From Paraspadella gotoi (taxonomy: Eukaryota; Animalia; Chaetognatha), in NCBI GenBank assembly GCA_051294375.1, contig CM119270.1:17606893-17670892 (forward strand): a DNA stretch of 64,000 nucleotides, written 5' to 3'. Numbering within the stretch: position 1 is the first letter of the stretch; each line of letters starts with the position of its first letter. Position numbers and translations under genes: made by a program. The notes below the pieces were generated by a model. That model was not told the origin of the DNA and ran no database searches. It saw only the letters and a program-made list of their open reading frames with translations. Of the stretch, positions 38,401 through 50,303 are shown piece by piece.

Positions 38401-40266
38401 TTATGACGAAAAAAAAATTAAACGATAACGACGCCTTCCGGGGAAATTGACTCGGAAACAAAAGGACGAAACAAATCGAAAGTAAAAGAAACGTAAACGA
38501 AACAAACATATTTTTTTTGTTTTTTTTTTCTCGACGCATGCTTTTTCTTTTATAACACAAGAACGCGAAGAAAGAAATGTTTTGAAATTAAGGAAAAACA
38601 AGGCAAAACAAAACAACAAAAAAATAAAAACACAAAACTATAAAGCTTCTTGTTCGCAAGTTTTATCTCAAGTCTACAACAAACAATTATCGATTATCCT
38701 AAGTCAAAAATAAAAAAAGACGAAAAAAAAAATTAACTCAAAGTAGTTAAAAAAAAAACAATCTTGGGAAAATTAATCGTCATCAAAGTCCACGACTCTC
38801 ACATTTGTTTCGTGACTCTCACCGACTCGCCGTGAAATTGTCTCGATCCCCGCGTCTTGTGAAAACCAAACCAAAAAAACACAAACGCAAAAAAAACGAA
38901 ACCAAGTACAATAAAGTACATTGAATATACGAGAAAATCGACTATCGGACGGATTAATTTACTAATTTCCTCTTGCTACTAAAATGGCATTCGATTGATA
39001 ATTTCAAATCCCAAAGTGCTCGACACAATATTTGTCTCACTCCCGGTCCAAGGCGAAACAAAGAAAAAAAAACCAAAAAGACAATCTTAACTCGCGAAAA
39101 AAAACAACAAAAAACAAAACTAAATTCGTTGATTCGAGAGAAATGAATTAAACTTAAAAGAAAATTATAAACACACACACACACACAAAAAGCCGTTCTC
39201 TTTTTGAATTCGTGTTCGAGTACACACACGACGAAAAAAACTAAACGAATAAAATTCCGTGTGTGACTAAGAATTGAAAAAAATTAACGTATAACCGAGA
39301 GAAGACGAAAATATCGATATTTTTAAAAAAATAGCAGATCGCAAACATATATGCGCATAAATATATATTATAGCTAGATACAAATATATATATATATAGC
39401 CAGCTTGCCACACACTCTCGCTTGAACGACACACCGTTTCAAATTTCTTTTTTTTTTTGCCCCATTGATTTCGTTTCGTTTTGATTTTTACAAGCAGCTG
39501 CTTGCATTAATCATTTTTCGCATCTTGTCGCAAAAAGAAAAGTCCGACTGCTACTCAAAACTTCGGACGGCGATCTTATTTTAGTTATAATTGTATCGGA
39601 TCGTTCAAATATACATTTCATTTCGCTCGCTTTTCATTAAATATCGAACGAACCGGATTTTGTTTATGATTAAACTTCTTTGTTCAAATCAACGCTTATT
39701 AAAAAAAAAACCAAAAAAAAACAACAACTAAATAACAAACAAAAAAGTCTACTAACCGCTTTGCATCGCAAAAAACAAAACAAAAAAAATCTGCTATAAA
39801 AAAAAATAATCGAGAATCGAACCTTCACTAATCGTTTGCGAGATTTCACGAATAAAAAATCACCTGGCAACGGAAATATAAACAAAAACAGAAAAAAACC
39901 GACCTAAGAAAAAAAAACACTAAGGGGTCGACGTATTTGTTCGCTTTCTGATGTTTCACTCGTTAAGACACTAGGAACCGCCACCAGGGCTGTAAATATC
40001 AACCAAAAAAAAACAAAAACAAAAGCCCCCAAAGCATAAAAAGGGAAGAAACGGCGGATTCGCGTTCGTGCCCAGGAAACCCCCCAAAAAAGGGTCGAAT
40101 AGTCGTAACCCCCACCTTCCCTGTGAGGAACGGACCCGTACTCACCCGAGTAAGGTTCGTCCTTACGAGGCACTGCCCAGACAATACCTCATACAAACGC
40201 CAGCTTACTGCATCATTCTGCTTCAGGTGAGAAAAAGGTCATGCGAAGGTTTGATGAAATGGATTT

Positions 40267-40334
<68 letters not shown>

Positions 40335-41817
40335 GTGAGTCTTTTTACACTATTTCATCTTTGTTAATCTTTTGTTTAAATTTTCCTCGATTTTTTCGCA
40401 GGGACATCTGCCGTCGATCTTCATCCCCGCTGCTCCGCTCCATCACAATTAAAAGAAAAACAAATAAACAAAAGGATTCTTCATCGCTATCGTAGCTACT
40501 GCGCAAAAAAAAAAACCCAAATAAATAAATAAACAAACCCCCCCCCAAAAAAAAATATACTTACCTTCGTCATTAACGCAACTAGGCAGTAGTCAGTTTT
40601 AAAAAAAATACAAACTAAATGTTAACTTACTCTCGTTACTAATATCGTCTCTTTCAATTGGTCTTGCTATCTCGCTTTCCCTTCCTGTCTTGTTATTCGT
40701 GCCGCCCCCCCCCCAACAAAAAAGATTGTTATTATTCACTAGTTGCGTATCACGTCATCGTCCTAACGTAAAGAGAAGAAAAGAAAAATATTCGTAGTTA
40801 ATACTTAGTCGTACCCTTCTAAACGAGAGTGTTAGAATTAGAAAATATTTCAAAACTGAACTAATTATTACTAAAAACAAAAATAAAAATACAAAATTCG
40901 TTAGAAACCCTTACATCGCGACGTTGCTCTCTCTCTCTTTCTCTCCCGACAATTTTACTCTTCGAATAAATAATCGTTTTCCTTTCAAAAACCTAAAAAG
41001 AAAAAAAAACTCTCGAATAATAAAAAAGAAAAAAAAATAGTAAAAGTGGAGAAAAAGCGAAAATATTGCTTCGGACTCTTGTGACCTTGAGCATAAAAAC
41101 GACCTCACCTCTTCACTCGCATCTCACTTACCCTTTTTTCTCTCTCTCTCTCTCTCTTTTGATTCTTCGCAAGTTTCGCGCCGGCGACGAACGACCTTCC
41201 AGTTTTTTTTTTACGAAGGTGAGTTGTCGTCGTTGTTGTCGTCGTCGGCGTTGTCGTTGTTGTTGTGATTTTGTGCGATCATTCGTGAGTCATGGTAATC
41301 CATGTGAATGGATGTGAATGACGAAAAATGTCGTTTTCACGCTCGGTGACCCAAACTAAGCGTCTAGGCTTCTTTCTTTTTATGAAAGTCGTAAGGTTGA
41401 AGCTTCCGGTTTCTAAAATCAAATTCCAACTCAATTTTATTTTTTTTTTTTTATTCCATTTTATTTTTCTGTTTTATTGAAAAATCGATGAATCGTGAAA
41501 CGAAATCCAGTTTCACACGATTCGTTTTTTGTTTTTTTTTAAGAAAAAAAATTTAAAAAAGCAATAATATCAAAGTTGAAACATTATTTGTAATTTAAAA
41601 TAACCTGTGAGTGACATGACATCACAACTATTGTGAAGATGTCGATTACCCAATCTGTTCTATTTAGGACTAGTCACTAGCGTTTTCATACAGAATTTAT
41701 TTATGACATAAATTGGATTATATTCAGGATTAAATTCAGGATTGATGATGAACCAAAATCTGTTGAGACTGAAAACAACATCAAAGAAGAAAATTTTTTT
41801 TTGGTTATATCTATTTC

Positions 41818-41858
<41 letters not shown>

Positions 41859-42004
41859 AAGAGAGAGTGCGATAGGCGATAGAGATACTAACGTGCTCAT
41901 TTATTTGACCCTATTATCTCAAACAGTTATACTGGAATCCAATTAATTTCTAATCTAAACAGAGAAATAGTCCCTTAAACCTTTTTTTTCCAATCTTCCC
42001 ACAG

Positions 42005-42252
42005 GACGTTTCCGCATCTCGGCCGCAGCATATCCGCCATATTCTCAGCAGCAGCAGCATTTCTCCTCTTGCCTTCAATCGTCCGCTTGCCTCGAACCGA
42101 CCGGGTTTTCCGCAATTGCAGCAAACCTTGTCCTTCTCTCTCACCCACTTGAACCTTGTTTATTATTTTTTTTTTGTTCGTCGAAACTTCGCAATTTGAT
42201 TTTGCGGAGATCAAGTTTTGATTATTCGTCTTTGCATCAAAGAAACTGAGAA
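42005..42252 (+). other. Non-coding 5' UTR exon (copy 3)
   Basis: ttttttccaatcttcccacag| acceptor and GAGAA|gtaagt donor, with no ATG. Followed by an 85-nt intron (42253-42337) ending ttttgcag|. Confidence 0.6.
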
Positions 42253-42926
42253 GTAAGTTTAACGTGCCAAAAACAACCCTTTAATAAAGGTATTTATAAA
42301 CGTTATTTAACGGATTTTTAATATTCTCATTTTGCAGCATTCCTACACTACGCTCTGCTTTGCAGAAAACGTCCACAACACAAGGGAGCATCCCAATAAA
42401 TCAATTAATTCAACTCCTTTTAATTTTTACCTTCATTTCCTTTTTTTTTTTTAACATAAGCACCTTTTTATTCATTGAACCTTACTCGAGCAACGCTTTA
42501 CAATTATCTACCGGATAGAAAACTTTATCGAAGTTACTCCATAGACAAATTTCGCTTTGATAACGAATCAACTACGACAATAAAAAAGACGTCTATCACA
42601 GATCAAATTCCGAATAAAAACAAAAGATCAGAAGCTTGGCCAAATCAGCGAGTCGACCCTACGTTGAGCGTCGCTGTAAGGTCAAGGAAAAGTTTTTGTT
42701 TACCCAAAAAGTAAACAAAAACAATCGAAAGGAAAACGAAAACAAACAAAAAACAACACCCTCTTTTAAATTAAAAAAACTCTTCAAGATTGAAAGAATC
42801 CTTTGAAAAAAAAAAAGTTTAAAAAAAACTCAAATACACCCCTTTAAAAAATACATCCCGCCAGAAAACAAACACGCTTAGTCATCAAACAAAAACAACA
42901 ACAACAACAACGACCAAAAAACAATC

Positions 42927-43143
42927 ATGGGGAAGAGCGGGAAAAAGAGCGGAGGCGGGCAGCAACGACGTCGGCAGCAACAGCAGCGGCGGCGGCGGGA
43001 ACGTCAAAAGCGGGCAAATGCGTCGAAGGGAAGCAGGGATTCGTCTACGCGACCGAGCGAGGTGGGCCACAACCACAGTCATGCCACCGCCGAAAGATGG
43101 GAGAACAGACTAGTCCGGATATCGCCGTCCTACGGAGCGCATG
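42927..43143 (+). CDS. First coding exon, copy 3
   Basis: First ATG of the exon that starts at 42338. Donor gtgagt at 43144. Confidence 0.65.
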
Positions 43144-44059
43144 GTGAGTTAAGGGGGTTTGGGTGGGTGGAAGTAGTGATCGAGGGTGGTTTGATTTGAT
43201 TTGATTTGATTTGATTTGATTTAGATTTGATTTAGATTTGATATGATATGATATGATATGATATGATATGATATGATATGATATGATATGATATGATTTG
43301 ATTTGATTTAGATCTGATTTAGATTTGATTTGATTTGATTTGATTTGATTTGATTTGAATTGGTTTGAATTGATTTGAAGTGATTTGATTTGGAATTGAT
43401 TTGATTTGATTTGATTTGGTAATTTAGTTAATGGATGGAATGATATCCGAATAAATTGATGAATCAATGATCCGATCAATAGAGTAATGAATTAAAAGAA
43501 ATTAATTTAGCATTTTCGTACAGTTTTTACCGTTTGTGACAATAGTATTTTTTAATGCTCGTATCTTTTTCGAGCACGTCAAATATTTTTAGGCTAAATC
43601 TAATTTTATTCTCGGCACGTGAGGATCACCGCGGGGCACTGTCAGCGTAGCGTTGATTGCTTACGTGGCTTGTCGCAGTACTCAACTTGTGGCTGGTCGG
43701 CGTACTTGGCTTGTTATCATGCATGGCTTGTCATCGTACGTGCTAACGCGCGCGCGACTTCGAAACACGGACTCCAAACGTTTTCCCCTTGCGTCCAAGT
43801 CTTGACGTTTCTCTCGCTTGATTGACGCTTCGATCGTCGGTTTAGTCAGAGGAAAATAGAATCGCTGATTGGCTGAAGGAAAAAAAAATATCTTTTTGAC
43901 GTCGCGGGCGAAATGGATATTGATATCATTAACGGCTTCGTCGATGACGTCATTAATGTAGTTCTTAAAATTGTATTTGTTCAAATTCGTTAGTAATGAT
44001 AAAAAATATGATGAACTATGAATGAGATGTGCGGAAGGAAAATTAGGAAAAAAACCAGC

Positions 44060-44142
<83 letters not shown>

Positions 44143-44516
44143 GAGAGCAGGAGAGAGAGACGACTGTAACTGCCTCTACGAGAGATAAAGATTCGATTTG
44201 ATGGATTCGAGTCACCATTTCGCGATCGGTGATTGACAATTCACTGTCATCGGTGCTCATCTTCACTTCGACTCGGTGATAAGAGGATGATAATGATGAT
44301 ACGCATCTCTTCTTTCGCTGATGAAAGAAACGACTTGAGTTCTACTTTTAAAAAAAACATCATTTTCACTTAGTGACAAAATTATAAAAGTTTTATAAGA
44401 CTTTCACGGTGACAATCGCCGACAACGACCGACTGACAGTGACGCCGACGTCTTGGTTTTGACAGTGACACAGTTACAGTCGCACCAAACTTGCAGTGAC
44501 AGTTTTCGAATCGAGT

Positions 44517-44623
44517 GTCGGTCATCTTAAAACGAAAGTCGGCCATCTTGAAAAGACGATCGGCTATCTTGAAACGAAAGTCGGCCATCTTGAAACGACT
44601 GTCAGCCATCTTGGAACATCGGT
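44517..44623 (+). repeat. 21-bp tandem array GTCGGCCATCTTGAAACGAAA (YY1/PHO-like core GCCATCTT)
   Basis: Units at 44517, 44538, 44559, 44580 and 44601, truncated by the gap. About 7 noisier units at ~45112-45263 and again at ~59752-59890. Confidence 0.9.
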
Positions 44624-46645
44624 NNNNNNNNNNNNNNNNNNNNNNNNNCTCCTACTGCAGAGATATCTCATACGATTTCTCGATTCTGATGGATTTCGAA
44701 GTAACCTCATTTCTGCGCATCTGCGTGATTTCATCAATCCTCAGCTGTCATCTCGGTGCTCTCATATCTCCTTATCACCCTCTGTATCTTCTTCTTCGAT
44801 TACTACGTCTTGAAGAGTTCGATAGATGAGATGACGCAATCTCTTCTTTCGCTGATGAAAGAAACGACTTGAGTTCTACCTTTAATAAAAAAACATCATT
44901 TTCACTTAGTGAAAAAAATTATAAAAGTTTTTATAAGACTTTCACGGTTGACAATCGCCGACAACGACCGACGTGACAGTGACGCCGACTCCGGTTTTGA
45001 CAGTGACACAGTTACAATGAAATGACAAGACATGACAACACCGACTGCTGTTAAAAGACACGTCTGGTGCTGCACTACATCAATCTTGCAGTGACAGTTT
45101 TCGAATCGAGTGTCGGTCCATCTTAAAACGAACTGTCGGCCATCCTTGAAAAGACGATCGGCTATCTGAGACAGAAGTCGGCCATCGCGCTTCGGCCATC
45201 TTGAAACGACTGTCAGCCATCTGTGGAACATCGGTCGGCCATCTGAAACTAACGTCAGCCATCTTCCCCTCGTTGCCGGAGGTCGTTTAGGACGCGAACC
45301 GCGCCCTCTTCCGGGAAAAATTGCGTTCATCAGGTGCGAATAAAAGAACTAAATCGGGCGAAAGAAAATGTTCGGCTACCCTTTTTCTTTTTCAATGGTT
45401 TTTTTCTTTTTTCAATGAATCAGGAGAATTCCTTCTAGTTCCATGCGGTTTACAGTACATTATTTTTCCCTTTTTTTCCTTTTTCTGTTGATATGTTTGC
45501 CAACTTCCATTTCCTAACTTAAATTTCGGATCCGCATGGCAACTTTTAAGTCGATTTGGGTGCAGACGAATCGTGTCAGTTTGCATTGCTGAATGTCCTA
45601 CGCGTTTTCTACGTTTCCATCACTTCACATTTTGTTTGTGATCGGAATATTTTGTTGTGTTTCGAGCAATCTAATTTAGCGAGAGAGATAATGAGCCTGT
45701 GAGCTTTCTAATGGCCTTAGTTTCTCCACTGGTTTTTCTTACTTTAAAGATACGCTTCTGAATAAAATTATTATAGAATGGATCTGTAAAAGTAAGGAGT
45801 GTAGATATCGTCTCTGCTTATACATACTTGATTAACGCCCTGCACAAATATCCGATATACCCTTTTCGGGCCCCTCATCTTCGCCCCCTCATCTTCGCCG
45901 CGTGCATCTTGCGCCGCTCGACGGGGCCGAATTTCGCAGCGAAGGACGAAGTACGAAATCCTTAGGGATTCGTCGTCGAGGAAAAACCGCGAAAGTTAAT
46001 AGGAAGTACTTTTGAGGAGAAAGAAAACTACATCAGTAATCCGGGTGCGGCATTAGTAATCAACATTAAGCATCAAACATTAAGCATTAAGTACCGTAAT
46101 CGGACATCAGCTTGAGCATGCAGCGTCGGCAATCAAAACCATCAACAGTGCATTATGCAGTGAAGAATAACATAACTTATCATTCTTCTTGATATAGATT
46201 TTTTCTTCCTGATAAATATATTTTTTTCTTTAGAATACACAGATGGTTGCCAAGCAAATGTAGAAAAAACTTGCTGTCCTGCTTGATTGGGTTGTCATGA
46301 TTCAATTCCATATTTATAAAAAAAATATTTTATAAATCTTTGACGTCATTCGTTGATCCTGGGTTTGCCTTCTTTGTTTTCGGCGTCGGAAGGTGAAGAA
46401 AATCTTTTATCGATTTGATAAGATTCTTAGAAATCTATTCTGCTATCTTATTATTATTCTCCTTAATACTACAATTAACTTTTTGTACAATTCTTATTTC
46501 GACTACTTCTCTTATTCTTCTTATTTCGACTACCAACTTTTCCTATCAAATTATGTCTTTCCTCCTTACAAATTCCTCCCCTTCTATTCCTCCCCTTATT
46601 CTCTCTCCTCTCTTCTCTCTTCCTCCCCTCCATCTCTCTCTCTCT

Positions 46646-46705
<60 letters not shown>

Positions 46706-47230
46706 CGGGTTTGATCTCATTTGCCTATGACAAAGGCTTTTGTTGTTGTCTAAATTCAGAAGAAAGGCTCTTCGTCGACTTGATCGTCGGTCTCCTCGTC
46801 GTCATGACAACAAAGTGACAACAAGAGAAGAAATGTAGTTTAGCGTCTAAATTCCGCCTCGAGTATCAGTTTTCGTTTCGCCTTCCATTGAATTTTCGAG
46901 TTTCGTATATTGTCTCAGATCAACGAACCCAAAACTATTGACAAATTCAACTCTTCGTTGCAATTTAACAATATCGAGCGTCTATCTTTGCCTTTGTCTA
47001 TCTTTGTCTATCTTAATCTAATCTAATCACATCACAAAGACTAAGTAAAAAAAAAACGTTAAAAACGGTGATTGTATTAAACATTTAATTATTATTAAAT
47101 TTAGAAACGACGTTATTGAAGCTCCGAGATGATTATAGTTTTTTTTTCTGAGCTGGTGCCGTGTTGTGCCGATTCCCGAAAAAACTCCCGTCATTATAAA
47201 AAAAACAACAACAACAACAACAGCAACTGA

Positions 47231-47604
47231 TTAACAACTCGTCTGCCCGTAGCCTTCCGATCCAGGGCAAGCCTGGCAAACTTCGTTTCCTTCGTCCGCC
47301 TTGAAAAACCCCGGGCGGCACGGTCGGCACCCGAGCGGGCCCTCATCCGGCTCCGTCCCCGGCGGGCACGCCTCGCAGTAATATCCGGCTAATCGGGGCT
47401 GCGAGCCCGAGGGGCATCGGGGGCACATGTCGTCGACTGATTCGTCGTCGTCTTCGTCGTCGTCCTCGTGGACAATGGGATCGAAGAAGGTGTGGTTCGA
47501 ATCTGCGCAACATGTTCTCGGTCGTTGGAGGATGTAGACCTGATCCTTTTTGTCGACAAAGTTGTTTTCGTTTCGATTACGGCGTCGGGGTTTCCAAGTT
47601 AAAT
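47231..47604 (-). CDS. Terminal coding exon: acidic linker plus Eph-receptor/TNFR-like cysteine-rich repeats (Ephrin_rec_like/GCC2-GCC3 type)
   Basis: Acceptor ctttccattcgatcag| and 123 open codons LTWKPRRRNRNENNFVDKKDQVYILQRPRTCCADSNHTFFDPIVHEDDDEDDDESVDDMCPRCPSGSQPRLAGYYCEACPPGTEPDEGPLGCRPCRPGFFKADEGNEVCQACPGSEGYGQTSC*. The CxxCxPG(T/F) repeats are typical of this module. Confidence 0.85.
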
Positions 47605-47739
47605 CTGATCGAATGGAAAGATTTAACTTGTTATAAATACACGTAGTTAAAATATTTTATTTGTACTTGGTTCACTTAAATTAAAAATCTAGCTTTTAAA
47701 TTGAGATTTAGGTGGGATCTACAGATTCTCAATCAATAT

Positions 47740-48313
47740 TAGAGCGTAGTGAAAGTTACGAAGTTTCTAAATGTCAATTTTGAACAACATACCATCAGTG
47801 AACATTAATTTGTAGAAAAAATTAATTTTAAGTTCTTTAATTTTCGCAGTAGGCTATATTTATATATAGTATTATCCTTATAAAATTGAGAAATTTCCAA
47901 ATAGGCTTTTCTTAATTTTGACTGCAGATTTGAATTCCGAAGTTCCTCGCATAAAAGTTGAGAAAAGAAAATATAAATCATTTTTAAAAATTCTTTCATT
48001 AAGTGGGTTAAAAATTAAAATTTAAATATCAAAATTTTAATTTTCAGCTATAAAATAAGGTTTTTTAAAAATTTTCTCAAACTTAATGAAAGAATTTTTA
48101 AAAAAGGAGTTATATTTTTTTTTTTTTACTTTTCATGACGAATCCAAATCTGCAAAAAAAAATCTTAAAACATATTTTGAAATTTATTATTTAAATTGTA
48201 AAATTTATTATAAATTTTTTATAATACATAATGGTTGATTAATATAATGGTTGTTCGTTTCCTCACTTTTAGAATTTTAATTAAAGTAATTTTAAAATTT
48301 TTACTACGCTTTA
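47740..48313. mobile_element. Fold-back MITE, hAT-like (574 bp), intronic
   Basis: Left end TAGAGCGTAGTGAAAGTT versus reverse complement of the right end TAAAGCGTAGTAAAAATT (15/18). 8-bp TSD ATCAATAT at 47732-47739 and 48314-48321. Internal perfect 24-bp inverted repeat at 47981-48004/48081-48104, plus TGCAGATTTG/CAAATCTGCA. Confidence 0.8.
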
Positions 48314-48799
48314 ATCAATATAGCCATATTGTCATTTAGTCATCATCGTAAATATTAGAGAAGAAAACTTAAATCATGAATTTTCTGAAATAAAAAAGAC
48401 AATTTGACAATTAAGACAATAAGAAGAATTAAACGATTAAACGATGAGTATGAGGCAAAAAATTGCACTAATGGCAACAAAAAATAAAATTCAAAAATTA
48501 AGGATCATTGCGACATTGCAAATTGGAAAAGTATTAAATATATCAATGAAAATCATGAGTGAATATTATCATTACACTAGGCGCATTTGCCATTTTTTTT
48601 TTAGTTCATAGACAGAAACTTGGCAAAGAGAAAAAAAAGAATACTATCATTATGGATTACGCTAACATTTATACTGGGCCATGCTCTTTTTTTTTTTTTA
48701 AGTCATAGACCAGAAAATTGTGCAAATTATTTTTTTTTTTTATTACTGATTCATGAAATAGAAGGCATTAAAATACCGAGTATAAAATTATTGAATATA

Positions 48800-49260
48800 C
48801 CCTTATCCTAATTATTTATTCTTATCGTTTAATGATACTAATTATTTTATCATTATTACATTATTATTTTTACATTATTATTATTATTATTAATTCATTA
48901 TAATTACTATGATTGGAATTAATATTATTGGATTCACCGCTCATTCTAATTATTAATTGTTACTTATCATTAATTGCCACTCATTCTAATTATTATTTTT
49001 TTACATTAATGATTACTATTATTATTTTTATCATTAATCACTATTATTATTTTATCGAATATTATTACTATGTTATTATTATAAAACTTAATATTATTAT
49101 TAATATTATTGTTTTACATATTATATTAAATATATATATTATACATACATATAATATATATATTTATCATCATTATTTATTGTTATTATAATTATTATTA
49201 CATGATACTATATACTAATGTACAATTTTATTATTATTACATTATCAACCATTGTTATAT
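48800..49260 (+). repeat. Degenerate (ATT)n low-complexity tract
   Basis: Recurrent attattatt units with extreme AT content. Confidence 0.85.
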
Positions 49261-49876
49261 ACTAAGTTTATGATTTTTAAACCTTAATTCTTAATCCTTT
49301 TAATGAATTTTTAAATCTATAATCCTTAATCTCAACTTTACAATACCGAATTCTCAATGACATACCAATTAATAGAATAATTTCAATAATACCTTGGCCT
49401 TTTACTAAATCTACCGCAATTTCCGCCCTTCTGTCATCAGTCTTACCCCAGAATTCCCTACGCCAACCAAAACCTCTTCAAAACTGCCGCAATTCTAGCA
49501 TTAAATTTTAACACCCAAATTTTCCTTCAATTCCTTATCTTATTTTGAACAAACTTCCACAACTTTTTCAAACTGCGACTCCACACTTCTAGACCTGTTC
49601 CCTCTATCAATAAATCTATTAGACTAAAGTATACCCTAGCCATATTCCTAAGATTGAGATTTTGCTCTTTCCTCCGGTTAATGCCCAAACCCATCTCCCT
49701 TTTATCATGCTTTTGTCATTCTAGCTTCATTAGCGTCCACATGAAGATTGTTCAAATCATCATTTATTTGAACTCATATTTTTTATCATAAAACTGCAAA
49801 TATAGTTACACGGATCATGTCATGTACACGTTATTCACGCAACCTCGATTCCCCCCGAGCAAATCCTCCTACTCAC

Positions 49877-50127
49877 GGCTGCAGATAATGTTCATCCACA
49901 GGAAAATGGCACGCAGGTCTTTCCCATCTCATGTAGTAGTGAATCTTCTGCCGACATTCCTCAAGTCGACGTCGGCTGGGGAGATTCTCCACTTCCTCCG
50001 TGGCCGTTGTTGCGACAGATCGGGTCCAACTTTTGAGGCAACTGGGAGGGTTAGTATCTTTGGACGGAGGGAGGAAGAAGATGAAGTAATAAAGGTACGA
50101 TTTTTTAGTCTCGCGCAACGAGGTACT
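49877..50127 (-). CDS. Upstream internal exon, probably of the Cys-rich gene; frame ambiguous
   Basis: Acceptor gcgttttatag| and donor GCC|gtgagt around a 251-nt GC-balanced island. Frame A is fully open (STSLRETKK...EHYLQP). Frame B is phase-compatible with the 47604 exon but contains one TGA. Confidence 0.6.
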
Positions 50128-50290
50128 CTATAAAACGCTTTCGGTTGTACTGTCTATCTGTTTTCGATGATATATAAGNNNNNNNNNNNNNNNNNNNNNN
50201 NNNTTTTAATTTTCAGCTTAAAATATAGGTTTTTTAAAAATTTTCTCAACTTAATGAAAGAATTTTTAAAAAAGAGTTATATTTCAAAAA

Positions 50291-50303
50291 AAAAGAGAGA
50301 GAT
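50291..50303 (+). other. PacBio SMRTbell adapter-like remnant at a chimeric junction
   Basis: AAAAGAGAGAGAT lies exactly between MITE sequence (50204-50285) and the abrupt start of copy 4. A similar aaaaggagagat sits at the junction 63299-63310. Confidence 0.6.

Larger units (their letters stand above)
33109..44623 (+). repeat. Duplicated locus, copy 3 (starts inside a GA tract equivalent to ~9480; extends ~1 kb past the end of copies 1 and 2)
   Basis: Colinear with copies 1 and 2 up to 43567, then matches 58759-59860. Confidence 0.95.

Noticed and set aside
44310-44345. CTGATGA..GAAA hammerhead ribozyme core
   Set aside because: Only 2 nt separate the core boxes and there is no helix I or III complementarity. 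It is just a 7-bp hairpin.
44382-44609. Heptad ORF MADSRFKMADFRFK...
   Set aside because: It is a by-product of the 21-bp DNA repeat. Several frames and both strands are open, and the frame is not kept in the other copies.
47145-47194. SECIS-like AUGA...AA in the 3' UTR of the Cys-rich gene
   Set aside because: The spacing differs between the two copies (15 versus 11 nt), the stem is only ~5 bp, and the 3' GA is absent in the second copy. It is not supportable without SECISearch.
49527-49694. Possible decayed LINE reverse-transcriptase fragment (MGLGINRRK...IEGTGLEV)
   Set aside because: Only a vague resemblance to the GLxIN motif, with no YADD or YLG motif visible.
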